A stretch of DNA of 61,869 nt, counting the filler, from Gonapodya sp. JEL0774 (lineage: Eukaryota): the NCBI GenBank assembly GCA_027604505.1. It is 24 parts of 24 records of this genome, joined end to end, with 100 filler letters (N's around TTAATTAATTAA, not from the genome) between each part and the next. Parts side by side here need not be neighbours in the genome. Positions count along the whole stretch, not along the records: positions 49,125 to 51,594 come from JADIIX010001901.1; positions 51,695 to 54,164 come from JADIIX010001902.1; positions 54,265 to 56,733 come from JADIIX010001903.1; positions 56,834 to 59,301 come from JADIIX010001904.1; positions 59,402 to 61,869 come from JADIIX010001905.1; 19 more parts are not named here. One strand, 5' to 3'. Positions within the stretch are counted from its first letter, which is position 1. Each line of letters starts with the position of its first letter. A program made the position numbers and the translations under genes. Positions 50,826 to 61,869 of this stretch are shown in pieces. Under the pieces are notes generated by a model that saw only the letters and a list, made by a program, of their open reading frames with translations, had not been told where the DNA came from and searched no databases.

Positions 50826-51594
50826 ATGCCATGGTTGGACGATACGGATGAACAGGAGATTACGATGCTTCCAAGCCACCACTCAATCGAACCGCAGTTA
50901 CCATGGAAATCGATTCTTATAAATTTTCTTTGGCGAATTGTGATCGCGGTCGGCGCTCGCGGTGATGATCTGCAAACTGTCACTCCCGTGAAATTGACAA
51001 ATTACTCGTACGATGGGGAAACTCTTCAAGGGACTATTATGGTCTATAATTACGCCTACTCGAAGGTGATTACAGCCTCGTTATGTGATGTCGATGCCAC
51101 AGGCTTTCTATCGTTGATAAGTGAAACGGCCAGCCACTATGTAACCTATGCGTATTCTGACTCTTGTGAAAAGACTGTTTCTATTCTCTACGCTGATCTC
51201 GCGGGCTCGTGGGGCCTTTCTTGTGCTGCAAAGTATGAGAGCGTCATTGATCAAAGCTACGAAAATTGGAGCTTCAGTTGCCCCATTGGCTCCGGCGGGA
51301 TCTCTCAGTTCTATCTCTCGGTGAGACTTATTCTTTGGCGATGTTCTGGCTCGAGCCTCAACGTACTGCTAGTACGTTGTACTGGGTAACACGTATTACG
51401 ACAATAATGGTGGTTACGGAGTGAACTACAAAGTCTCAACACCATCCCCAACAAAAACAATTCAATTTGCGATAACTACCTCAAGTTCGAGCACGAATGC
51501 TACTCCCACTGCGTTGGCGTCGATCCCCACTCATGTGAACAGCACTATTGTACAATTGTTTCAATGGAACTGGGTATATTGAGTTTCGCACCTT
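50826..51594 (+). CDS. CBM21 starch-binding domain, Ser/Thr linker and start of a probable GH13 alpha-amylase; start uncertain, 3' truncated
   Basis: VKLTNYSYDGETLQGTIMVYNYAYSK|...YENWSF...QFYLS|Y..LGNTYYDNNG (Rhizopus-type CBM21), then TIVQLFQWNW. Confidence 0.8.
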
Positions 51595-51694
51595 NNNNNN
51601 NNNNNNNNNNNNNNNNNNNNNNNNNNNNNNNNNNNNNNTTAATTAATTAANNNNNNNNNNNNNNNNNNNNNNNNNNNNNNNNNNNNNNNNNNNN

Positions 51695-52310
51695 TGTGTG
51701 CAAGCAATCGCGAAGCATGACATCGCTATACTGTGCCTGATGACTCACAGTAACTTGTGGTCGCCAGACACAATACCTTCCTGGTTTCGCCAGTGCCATT
51801 CACTCAACTCGCGCCTCATCTTGCCCCACACCTCATACATCCGAAGACGGTCACGCTGAGCTCACCACCATTGCCTCGAAGTGTCCTGACCTTCCAGTCC
51901 TCTGCATTTGGGGCACAGCAGACGCCGCCGTACCTTTCGCCGAGACGGTGGTGGAAATCAAAAGAAGGTTGCCCAGTGCAGATATCTTTGCTGTCTACGG
52001 TCACGGCCATGAAGTGGTGCTCAGTGCTGGTGAGCAGGTGGTGGAAAGGATCGCCGAGTCAGTTGGTGAGCGGCAGATTGATGCGGGTGTGGTTCGATGG
52101 TCGGACATTTCAGCACAGCGGTTCAGCACAGCGCATACTGTGGACCATACGGGGTCTGCTCAGGCGCAAGAAATGGGCGGAGTTGCACCAGCACGTGACG
52201 CGGCACATAACCTTCCACCAGGAGTGAAAGTTGTGAACCTCTTGGAAGAGGAACAATCCGAAGCAATGGCAGCTCTTGCAACCAGATTGAATAATGAGAT
52301 AGGATTTTGA
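51695..52310 (+). CDS. Alpha/beta hydrolase, C-terminal part
   Basis: LPVLCIWGTADAAVP...LPSADIFAVYGHGHEVV, containing the catalytic Asp and His motifs. Confidence 0.78.
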
Positions 52311-52393
52311 TGAAACCAGTTGAAAATAAATCTGTGCTGCCCACTTGTCCCGTACTCAGTGGCGTGGAGAGGAGTGCTCACTGCTAAGAAGTC

Positions 52394-53892
52394 ATGCGGA
52401 CACGAGTCTATCTATCCACGTTGCGGATTACAATACAATTTCGTCCAGACATTCCATGGCTCTCAACGCGACAAACGTCCCACCGATCGCATTCGTCCTC
52501 TTCTCTTGCTTCTTCATCCTCGATCAGTCGTTTCCTTGAGCGCAATCTCTCGCCGACGCCGCCGAAACTTTCCATACGCTCTCTCCCAGATCGCGGACGA
52601 TCAGTGTTTCTAGAGGAGGATGTCAAAGTTGGGCGGAGGGTGATTGTGGAGCGTGCTCTTGTTTCTGTGTTGAAAGGCGATGATGGGGTGAGTTGAAATC
52701 AGTAAGCGCAAGCATTTCTTGTTAGGATTTGACGAAACGAATTGCTGTGTAAAGCACAGATGTGCTGCGTGCTTTTCCCCTCTGTCTACCGATCAGAGCG
52801 TGATTCGAAATTCACAAACGTTTCGCTGTATCCCGATGCTGTCCGTAGATATGCAACGCGAGAAGAATAACGATATCATCCGCAGTGTTCGTGACTACAC
52901 GGAAGACTTTTGCTCAGCCGGATGCCTTGATGGAGTCTTTCAAGCGTACAACTCCGTATGTAGTGCAATCTCGGCGGAGTCTCAATCGGACAGAACTTAC
53001 AGAAACACTACATTTTGATACTCTGCTTCACATTTAGTTCTTCGACTCGCCCCTCCGCGACCATGCTTCCCTCTCCCTTCACTTCGCCGACCAGTTGAGA
53101 GCGTATCCGCTGGTTGCTGCCCGCCTCTCAGCCCTGGCTCTCCTGGATCTCTCCCGTACAGGAAGTTTCGCCAACTCTTTGGGTATCGTCGATGAGCTCG
53201 TTGCAGCGAGGTACCTCACGTCAGGGGAGCGTCACGTCCCTGAAGTATGGATAGAGGATTACGCCACGGTCCAAAAGCTGGTGTGGACGGAACCTGGTCA
53301 GACGAACATCTTCTCACTCGACTGGTTTGTGAGAATCATGTCGGTGCTCAATTTGAACTCTTTCAGGGTGGTACTACCGGTCAGGAAAGGAGGTACTTGG
53401 ACATCTAGCTCCCGCTCTGATTATGATCTCGACCCCGTGTGACTGTTCAAATCCGCACAGCGACAGTGACAAATACAACTACTCCAGACATTGAACCCCA
53501 AAACTTTAATTTGGAAACTTTTGGCACGGGCCTCTTTCCGCTCGCTTCACTCCTCAACCACTCATGCTCTCCGAATTGCGTGGTAGCCTTTGAGGCCTCC
53601 CCTCGCCACCACTCACCACTCATACATGTGGTAGCTGATCGTGATATCCGTGCGGGAGAAGAGGTGATGATTTCGTATGTGGATCCAGATGGCGGGGATT
53701 ATGCAAACGGCGATGAAAGGAGGTGTGTAGAAGAACCGTGACCTTTCTTCTGCTTAGATCGTCGATTATCTGCTAACTGTGAGTGTTTGAAGAATGTGGC
53801 TCGAGTGGGCATATGGCTTCAAGTGCAGGTGTCCACGTTGTGTGAAGGAGCTTGGTCAAGATCTCTCGGAAAAGATCGACACACCAGTGTAA
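52394..53892 (+). CDS. SET-domain (SMYD-like) lysine methyltransferase, multi-exon; start uncertain
   Basis: DRGRSVF, CAACF, GLFPLASLLNHSCSPNC, RDIRAGEEVMISYVD and post-SET YGFKCRCPRC. Confidence 0.9.
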
Positions 53893-54264
53893 ACGATAGA
53901 TGCACGATGATGCTAGAACTTGTAAGATCATCTCGGAATGGAGCATTTACAATTTTGCGCACCTATCTCAAACGCGGTCTGTCACCGGGGAAACACTATC
54001 ATCATTACCCACTTGAAGCCACCACGTTTGAGTATACGTCTTGCAAGTAATTTGAGTGTGCTACCGTATGCATACTTGTGTGACCGCAAACTACACAACA
54101 GACACCAAGCGAGTCCGGCGCTCAAGCGTCCCACTGTTCTAAAAACGAAACTACCGCACTAAAANNNNNNNNNNNNNNNNNNNNNNNNNNNNNNNNNNNN
54201 NNNNNNNNTTAATTAATTAANNNNNNNNNNNNNNNNNNNNNNNNNNNNNNNNNNNNNNNNNNNN

Positions 54265-54746
54265 GCTGGTGTGACATGGGTTGTGGGGTCACTGGGTAAG
54301 TGAAATTTTTCAGAGGGATGATTTGCTTGGGACATCTGAACGTTTGTTTACACAATGTCAATGAAGGACTCCGGTCATCATCGCTTTTCGCTTCTTCTTA
54401 CGAATTATACGCCTCTCGCGTCATCTCCACTGTATGTTCACCCTCATGGACCGACCAGGAAAGACATGCGATCGCAGTGCGCAGAGCGTTGGCGCTGGCG
54501 GAGGAGGTCCACTCCGTTCCTGTGCCCGAACGTGTCGCAGCGACTGCAAGAGAGAGATTAAATGCACGCAGGGATGATATTGTGGAGGACACGGATATTC
54601 CAAGCTCGGGCAAAACCGATTCGTCGAATCCCCTGCCTGAGGTTGATACATGGCGATCGCCGAGTCCAGTAGGAGGTGAGATTGTAAACCCGATAATCTT
54701 GATGAATCGTCACCATGTTTACATCTCCTGCTTCGTCGTACAATAA
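54265..54746 (+). CDS. Possible 3' fragment of an unknown gene
   Basis: Donor-like GTAAGT at ~54296 and a 148-codon frame; no recognisable motif. Confidence 0.3.
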
Positions 54747-55091
54747 TTGCAGTCGGTGTTGGTACTCGAATCTTGCAGGACTTATCGGGACGGCAGAAGC
54801 CTCAACCGATCACAATTTAGATGTTTCGGGTTACACGTGGTGCTTTCGTGATTCCGAATTGCTGAACCATTCGTAGTTTACTTTTGTAATGTTTGCGGTG
54901 TACCTATGAACATCATTTTGCAAGAATCAGCCGCAATAATTTGAGTCGTCCTTGGACACCCAGATATCAGTCGTTTGCCAGTAACTTGCTCGACGCCGTG
55001 TTCGGAGTGTTGGGGCACCTTGGAGAAACACGATCACACAGACCTTCGTTGTGGCCCCGAATCATCGTACCGTATAACCCAATACCCGGGC

Positions 55092-56733
55092 ATGTTGTCT
55101 CTAGAGGAAACAAGGCGGCGTCTGGATTACTACTATCGCGTTGTTTCCTCCTTGATTCTGTCAAGGCAGAGTGCCGTGACAGGACTTATTCCTGGTGATT
55201 TGGAAATTGCGATTCTTTTGCATCCCTAATCAACATGGTGACATTCCGAAATTTTGACTTTGCTACTCCCAGCTTCGGTGGCTGTGACGACTCACGGAGA
55301 CTACAGGTTCGAGGGAGAAAGGGGATCATCAATGATTTCAAGCACTCATGTTAGTGGCGCCGTTGGTGACCCACTTACAGAGACGCCTGGGTCCGCGACA
55401 ACGTGTACTCTATCTACTGCGTTTTTGGTCTTGCTCTGGCTTACAAGAGACTGGACGATGATACGGGTCGGGCATGTGAGTTCTCAGACGCGACAAATAA
55501 TGACGTCAGGATCACAGGAAACGTCGGGCACATTCGGTTTGTTTAGATGAACTGGAGCAATCTACGGTCAAGTGTATGCGGGGACTGCTATTTTCGATGA
55601 TGAGGCAGGCTCACAAGGTGGAGAAGGTGGGTTGCCCGTTGTATTGCCTCGACCGTCCTATCACATCAGTTGTTGGGAATCGTTCCAGTTCAAACACACA
55701 CAAAATCCGATGGACTCCCTTCACGCAAAATACAATACTCAAACAGGGGACACTGTTGTTGCGGATTGGGAATGGGGCCACCTCCAAGTGGTAAGCTCAG
55801 TTTGACAGCCCACGCATTCAAAACCGAGAGATTCATTCACGACCGTTTCTACCACGTTGCTACATAGGATGCCACATCTATTTTCGTGCTTGCACTCGCG
55901 GAGATGACCACAGCTGGTCTGGCTATCGTTTTCAACCAGGACGAGGTGGATTTCATTCAGAATTTGGTGTTTTACATCGAGCGAGCGGTATGCTCCAAAT
56001 TCAAGGTTGTATATGTGATAGTGAGAGTCGAGCTGATGTATTCCCTTCCACAGTATCGCACACCCGACTATGGAATTTGGGAGCGTGGCAACAAAATAAA
56101 CCACGGCCAACCCGAACTGAACACCTCCTCCATCGGAATGGCTCTCGCAGCTCTCCAGGCGATCAATGGAGTTAACTTGTTCGGCGCCCGTGGGGGGCCA
56201 GGATCCGTCGTCCACGCGTATCCTGATGAAATCAATCGCAACTACACCACGCTATTATCAGCTCTCCCCAGAGAGTCGAACTCCAAGGAGGTCGATGCAG
56301 CTCTGCTTAGTGTTGTGGGATGGCCTGCATTTGCAGTCGCAGAGAAAGAGCTCATTGACCTTACGAAGAAGGAGATCAAGGAGAAACTGCAAGGGAAGTA
56401 CGGTTGCAAGAGGTAAGAGTGTGCATTGAAGTATCATGCCGTGTTGCTCCACACTATATCTAATGAATGATAACAAGGTTCCTGCGAGACGGGCATCAAA
56501 CCGTTCTAGAAGATAATAGTCGCCTCCACTATGATCCCCACGAGCTGAAAATGTTTGAGAACATCGAGTCAGAATGGTGCGTCAGCACTCACGAAGCACT
56601 TGAACTGCCACGTTTATTTGATTTATTCGGTCAGGCCTCTGTTTTTCACGTATTCTCTCATCGACGCTTTGTTCATAAACGATACCCAAACTGCGGTTGA
56701 GTACTCCACACTTCTGAAAGGCCTTCTGGTGCC
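55092..56733 (+). CDS. Phosphorylase kinase alpha/beta regulatory subunit (GH15-like), 3' truncated
   Basis: [72 protein letters not shown] and [15 protein letters not shown]. Confidence 0.93.
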
Positions 56734-56834
56734 NNNNNNNNNNNNNNNNNNNNNNNNNNNNNNNNNNNNNNNNNNNNTTAATTAATTAANNNNNNNNNNN
56801 NNNNNNNNNNNNNNNNNNNNNNNNNNNNNNNNNG

Positions 56835-56906
56835 TTCCTTTCGAGTGACGAATCGAGCTACTCCAACGCATCGGAGTTTGTTGTGGACGGAGGGTGGAGG
56901 AACTAG
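56835..56906 (+). CDS. Extreme C-terminus of a short-chain dehydrogenase/reductase
   Basis: FLSSDESSYSNASEFVVDGGW* matches the SDR FLxSDxxxYxxGxxxxVDGG tail. Confidence 0.75.
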   Translation, partial: FLSSDESSYSNASEFVVDGGWRN

Positions 56907-57175
56907 AAGAATCGAGGTAGAGCCCTTTGTGTAGAAGAGTTCAGTCGAGAAAATACGAACGATTAACAGCTCCTAGTACATTACGCCACCAAATATTCTG
57001 TCACCGGGGGTGCTTTGCGTTTTTCCTTGCACTTTCAATTGTCAATCATGCATACCAATCCTTCCTCAGGTGAGCTGAATTTGTCTGAGCATTCTTCGAT
57101 CGCTCCGGTCTCTCGGAATCGCCTCAGTACCCACCTGCTTGGTCACACCGGCTGATGTTCTTCCACAAAACTGAT

Positions 57176-59093
57176 TTAATGAATCCGACTGCGGGGAAAC
57201 TCACGAGGGCGAAAAATCTTCGGACCTGACGGAAAGTGATGGCTGCCTGGATGCGGCGCATTGGTGCACGGACTGCACAGTGTTGTCTGGTTGGCTCGAT
57301 GGGTTGTGGTAACGATTGATATCACAGTGATCTCGCATTCCTTGACACCCACAGTTTCAAGCCCGCGGGTAATCACTTTTGCTAAGCCTTCGTGGTGAGT
57401 ATTCGCGCCGTTCATTCCGACACACTGGAGCCATGTGCGCCGATCCACTGGATGCTCATATTATACATACACACAACTGAAAATCCCGAGCACAGGGGTG
57501 CAATGTACCCCGCGTTGACGAACTCTTATTGGACTGATGGATTGCGGGAGCAACTTGCTTTTTAGCTTGGGTTTTGGCCTGTATCGACCCAAACATTGCA
57601 TCTCACTCTTGACATCTGTTCACGCAGTTCCTCGGGTTTCGTCGCTTTGTTCCAGCATACTATTCAGTAGAATCTGGTTCCCTGCCCGTATTTGACTGAT
57701 CCAGAAAAGGTTGAGTGGGGTGATCTCTATCCGAAGTTCATGCTCTTCGCGCGACGTTCACCTGTTCAGATAAAGCAAAGGAGATCACCGAGGAGGTGCC
57801 AGGTACGTTATTTTTGAGAGCCGCGCTCGTAGCTGCTGATGCGTGGGAATACGCGTACGTTTGCGACGTGTTTTCAGTGGAGAAACACTGCTTCAATGTA
57901 TATATTTTTTGCATTGTTGGATTCACGTAGCTGAATATACATGAATAAAATGAGAAGGTTCTACGAAATTGTTGGACATTCTGGAGTGCGTCACTCGTTT
58001 GATCGGCCAGTTTATCGATATCATCGACATTAGATGCCGGGCACCCTCTGCCTTTCAGAGCAGACTCCATGGTCCGTGTAGTTGTTTACTCGTAGTCAAT
58101 TCGTGCTATACTGCCACTGTGCCCTCAAGGCAGGACCGCTCGCCCTACCGCGAGGTAATCCGGCAACTTGGGCATCAACGAATTGTTGAGCTTTGAATGT
58201 CCATCAGGAGGGTAGGATAGCTTGCGACTCCAAGGGGTAGGCGTAGCACCTGCAACAAGGCCTGGTTCCCCCACAACCTGAGGACCTTCTCCAGCCACGA
58301 GAACCGCCCAGACCCCCAAAGTCTTTTGCGCCGCCTCATTCACAATCGCCTCCCGGCGGTTCTTATCCTCGACAGTAAGAGCGAGTTTTGTTTGAGGTAC
58401 GTCTCCGGGTTGAGGATTCGGATCAGATCCTCGCGAGCGGTTCTGTGGTTTGTCGGAAACTTGGACACGGAAAGGTCTGAACCAGGATCTATGAAACGGT
58501 GGAGGATAGGGCATCGAGGGAGCTTCTCGAGAATGTGTTAGAGCACGACGAACGGGTGGTGGGAATGTTCGAAGGTCGGACGGGTCAAGCGTCCATATGG
58601 ACGACGGGTGAGCAGTCGGGTCGACGACGGGAAGTTTAGGACGCGACGGGCCTGGTGGTGGCGCAGACGCGGGCCTTTTCGGATCATGGCGAGCTTCTTG
58701 GTGAGAGAGTAGTCTCGGAGGAGGCGGTCTTCGGCCGTCGGTGGAGTTGTGAGAACCACGGACGGAGGTCCGCTCACGGTCAACTCGACGAGGGTCACGA
58801 TCATACTCCCGCTCCCTGATTTCCACTCTTCCTTCCTCTTGTCGTCGATAATCGTCCCGGGGACCCGTTGACTCTCTGGGATCCCTCACAGCATTTCGTG
58901 ATTCCCTGGAATGTACTCTGGACCTCTGCTCTGACTCTTTCATCGTGTCCGACCTCCCGTGCCCCTTTCTCCCTGATCCAAACAACGATGGCGGACTTGG
59001 TGACCGGTCACTTCCTTCCCACCGGTGGTCACTATCGTGCCTTCTGCCCGAGCGATCAAAGGGTGGGGAATGTTCACGCTGGCGCTTGTACAT
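57176..59093 (-). CDS. Unknown protein with Arg/Asp/Ser-rich N-terminus; 3' exon structure uncertain
   Basis: 322-aa ATG-initiated frame followed by further same-strand frames with splice-like signals. Confidence 0.6.
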
Positions 59094-59401
59094 AATCGGG
59101 GGGCAGCACAGAAAAACGCTCTAGAAATCCGAGCGAGAGAGAAAATTCAAAGGAAATTTGGTAGAAGTTTGTGCATTTGACCCAGCAGCCGTCGTTCAGT
59201 CAAACCTGCTCTGTGAACACATTTGGACGCCGATTCAACCGCAACACGTACTGAGGACCAATTGTCAGATGGGGAACTCAAACAGTCACACTTCGTTGGA
59301 TNNNNNNNNNNNNNNNNNNNNNNNNNNNNNNNNNNNNNNNNNNNNTTAATTAATTAANNNNNNNNNNNNNNNNNNNNNNNNNNNNNNNNNNNNNNNNNNN
59401 N

Positions 59402-59994
59402 GAATCATCAGAATCAGAATCAAATGGACTGTTTTACACAGTTCCACGTTCACTCCCCCTGGCAATAAACTCCGGAGCAATTGTCTTGACATCTGGTTCC
59501 CCGCCCATTGCCTTGTACTCCTTGTACTTCTTCCTGAATTTGTTGTCCTATTTGTCTGTGGTCTTCCTGGTGGCCGAAACGCCTTGCCATTCCTTCATGG
59601 CATTGTGTTTTGCCATTTAACTAACGACCATGTATGTTTCCTCCATCCGCTTCCACAGCTCCATGGCCGTACCATCTTTCACACCAGTGTCCATCCTGTC
59701 GCAAATCGAGATGTTGATGGTCATGAGGAGGGCAAGGCAGACCAGTTTGTTGAGTTTCAGTGTGTTCACATTGGCTGGACAGTATGTCACTGGCTCCACA
59801 GCAACTCAGGCAACAGACAATCCCCCAGTGCCCAATGCCCCTCCAGCATCCGATGGCACTTTTGTAATGTCCACAAATTGTCCTGAAGACGGTTTGTGGG
59901 ACAATACGTGAGTTTCCAATTTGAAGAGACCCAACGCCGTTTCCATCTCAACCTTCCAGTGCTTATAGTCCGCAATTCCAGCATTCATTGGCAT
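59402..59994 (-). pseudogene. Ty1/copia gag relic
   Basis: DYKHWKVEMETAL...L...V and TAMELWKRMEETY (copia gag-like) with several in-frame stops, downstream of a PBS and LTR. Confidence 0.8.
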
Positions 59995-60165
59995 GGTGAC
60001 CTTCAGGACCTTCAAAAGGTCTTGATTTGACTCCAGTGGCTGACATGGCAGAGGGAAGGTGATGTGGGATGTGAAGTTGTGGCAAGACGGTAGGAGAGGG
60101 GAAATCGACCAAATAGATCGGAATGTCTGTTCCTGTATTCCAGATGGAGTATCTATTGATACCCC

Positions 60166-60385
60166 GGGCTCATAACCTGTCAGAATACAGGCAAGCTTTT
60201 GTGTTGGCAACTTAGTATAAAACACGCCGGCACACGCTTCTGTGTATGGCAGTCTGTCATACAAATACATACAACACACACACAACATCACATATATCCA
60301 GCAGAATGTAGAAGGTGCGCTGTCTGATCTGGGAGAAAAAATACGCTCTTGTCAATATATCCAATGATTGTAAGTGACCCTGACA
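60166..60385 (-). mobile_element. Copia 5' LTR (60178-60385, 208 bp) and primer-binding site (60166-60177)
   Basis: LTR bounded by TGTCAG...CTGACA; on the minus strand it is followed immediately by GGTTATGAGCCC, the copia-type half-tRNA-iMet PBS. Confidence 0.88.
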
Positions 60386-60460
60386 CACAGTGGATCAGGG
60401 GAGCGATGGTGTATGCACACTGTGTACATCATCTGTATGTTTGGTGGGTAAACTATATTA

Positions 60461-61466
60461 CAGCGGTTTTAAAAATGGTGGTCCAGCCGCACAATTTTCG
60501 TGCTGCACTGTCGTAATACATCGTAATTTTGACCTACGATTTCTCGCCCCCCAGCTGTGCAATTGCCCCGATTCAAAAGGAATTGAATTTAGATTACGAT
60601 TCTGCTGCAAATTGGTGAGTCTCGCGACGGAATCGGTGGTGGGTGGGAAGTCCCCGGATTACGAGGTGGCAACCCATCCAGGCCAAACCAGACCACAGAA
60701 CGGTCCGATTTTCTCTGAATCTATGGAATACACATAAAGAATTGTCGCCGTGAGTTTGCAGGTTGGAATCTTTCACGTTGGTGGTGGGGATTGTCGATAT
60801 CTTGGATGTTGTGTGGAAATCGGCGCTGGGGACAACCTAGACCATCATAAGCTTAGCGATGGGGGAGCAAAGGGACCAATTCTCCAAGCAGATTCATTAT
60901 ATTACAGTCTCAACAATGTAATCCAAAATGAATACATGGGGTATGGTATGAAATCTCTGAAACTTCCCGTTCCAAGCATCCACAGAAAACAGGGAACCCC
61001 ACACGCACCCACTTCCTGCTAGCACAAAAATGATGGCGCGGAGATCATCTTATCGATTCTGGTCCTTTTGCGCCAACGGAAACATGGCTGCATTGGGAAA
61101 TCCCCCCTCGCCGTGTCCATCACTTTGGAGGCCCTCATCCTTGCCACCGACGCCAGGAACTCATGCATCGCACTCGCGACAGCAATCCTAAATGTAGATT
61201 CACTGCATTCCCAGGGAATCAGCCCATTCTGCGTGTTGGTTGGACCTGAATGGGTTGCCGCTTCGTAATCTGCGATCTTCCCACCCACCAACGATTCCAT
61301 GGCGAGACACATCAAATTACAGCGCTATCGTAGTTGAAACTCAGTTCCGTTTGAATTGGGTTGATTGCGCAGCAGGGGGGCGAGAAAACAGGTGTTCAAA
61401 TTACGATGGTTTACAAATGTGCAGTGCGAAAACTGTGCGGCTGGACAACCATTTTTAAAGCAGCTG
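60461..61466. mobile_element. Non-autonomous Tc1/mariner-type DNA element, 1006 bp, with ~290-bp imperfect TIRs and TA flanks
   Basis: TA|CAGCGGTTTTAAAAATGGTGGTCCAGCCGCACA at the left; TGTGCGGCTGGACAACCATTTTTAAAGCAGCTG|TA at the right; inverted similarity continues to about 60755/61170; no transposase ORF. Confidence 0.9.
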
Positions 61467-61869
61467 TAGCCTTTCATCATAGATGAGCAGCACAGACTGT
61501 AATATACTGTGTTGCACCCATGTCTGAGAACAACAATTACAACACTCTTACTTCTTTATTTGCTGTTGCTGGGAGTCCCTTCAACCATCTTCCATGCCCC
61601 AGGATGGGTCCATTTGAACCCTCACAATCTTGATCCATACCAAACAATTATCTACTCCAGTGAGCTTTTTTCTCACCCTCTTTGCCAATGCTCATGGTTG
61701 AAATGGTGTGAATGGGAGAGGTCCTGATTCCATATCCAATTCTCATTTATTTCCACCTTTAGAGCTCTCAGCTCTTAACCTAATGAGGTTTCATAGGGTT
61801 GGGGACAGTTGTGACATGTAGGTATATTGTTCTCAAATGGTCAGTCTCTGTGCACTACTGTTGTAGTAT

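Noticed and set aside
2498..59401. Regularly spaced identical TTAATTAATTAA motif every ~2.6 kb, superficially array-like
   Set aside because: It is embedded in N runs and is an artificial six-frame-stop linker between size-sorted contigs.
60641..60670. GGAAGTCCCCGG resembling an RNase P/MRP conserved region
   Set aside because: It lies inside the transposon TIR, and the motif is not kept in the opposite arm.

Overview
This is not a contiguous locus. It is 24 unlinked, size-sorted contigs of about 2.47-2.50 kb, joined by an artificial 100-nt spacer (N44-TTAATTAATTAA-N44), so gene neighbourhoods mean something only inside a contig. The DNA is eukaryotic, with many short GT-AG introns. Gene content points, by inference, to a zoosporic early-diverging fungus (chytrid or monoblepharid-like): Tup1, Sfp1-like, Rcf2-like and CBM21 genes occur alongside a CFAP47-like ciliary protein, a Na+/K+-ATPase and a phosphorylase-kinase regulatory subunit. 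Most genes are truncated by contig ends. No CRISPR, rRNA or tRNA was seen. The most notable signals are: (1) an abrupt CpG-rich to CpG-depleted switch inside an intact ciliary gene, resembling the depletion in TE relics and suggesting gene-body CpG methylation; (2) a degenerate tandem array carrying a pre-miRNA-like hairpin; (3) a duplicated ~220-bp non-coding element with a conserved stem-loop; (4) several intron-containing genes of bacterial-type families; (5) an adjacent glucoamylase and CBM21-alpha-amylase pair; (6) a long-TIR Tc1/mariner-type non-autonomous element seen on two contigs, each time beside a Ty1/copia relic. All family assignments come from motif recognition by eye, not from database searches.
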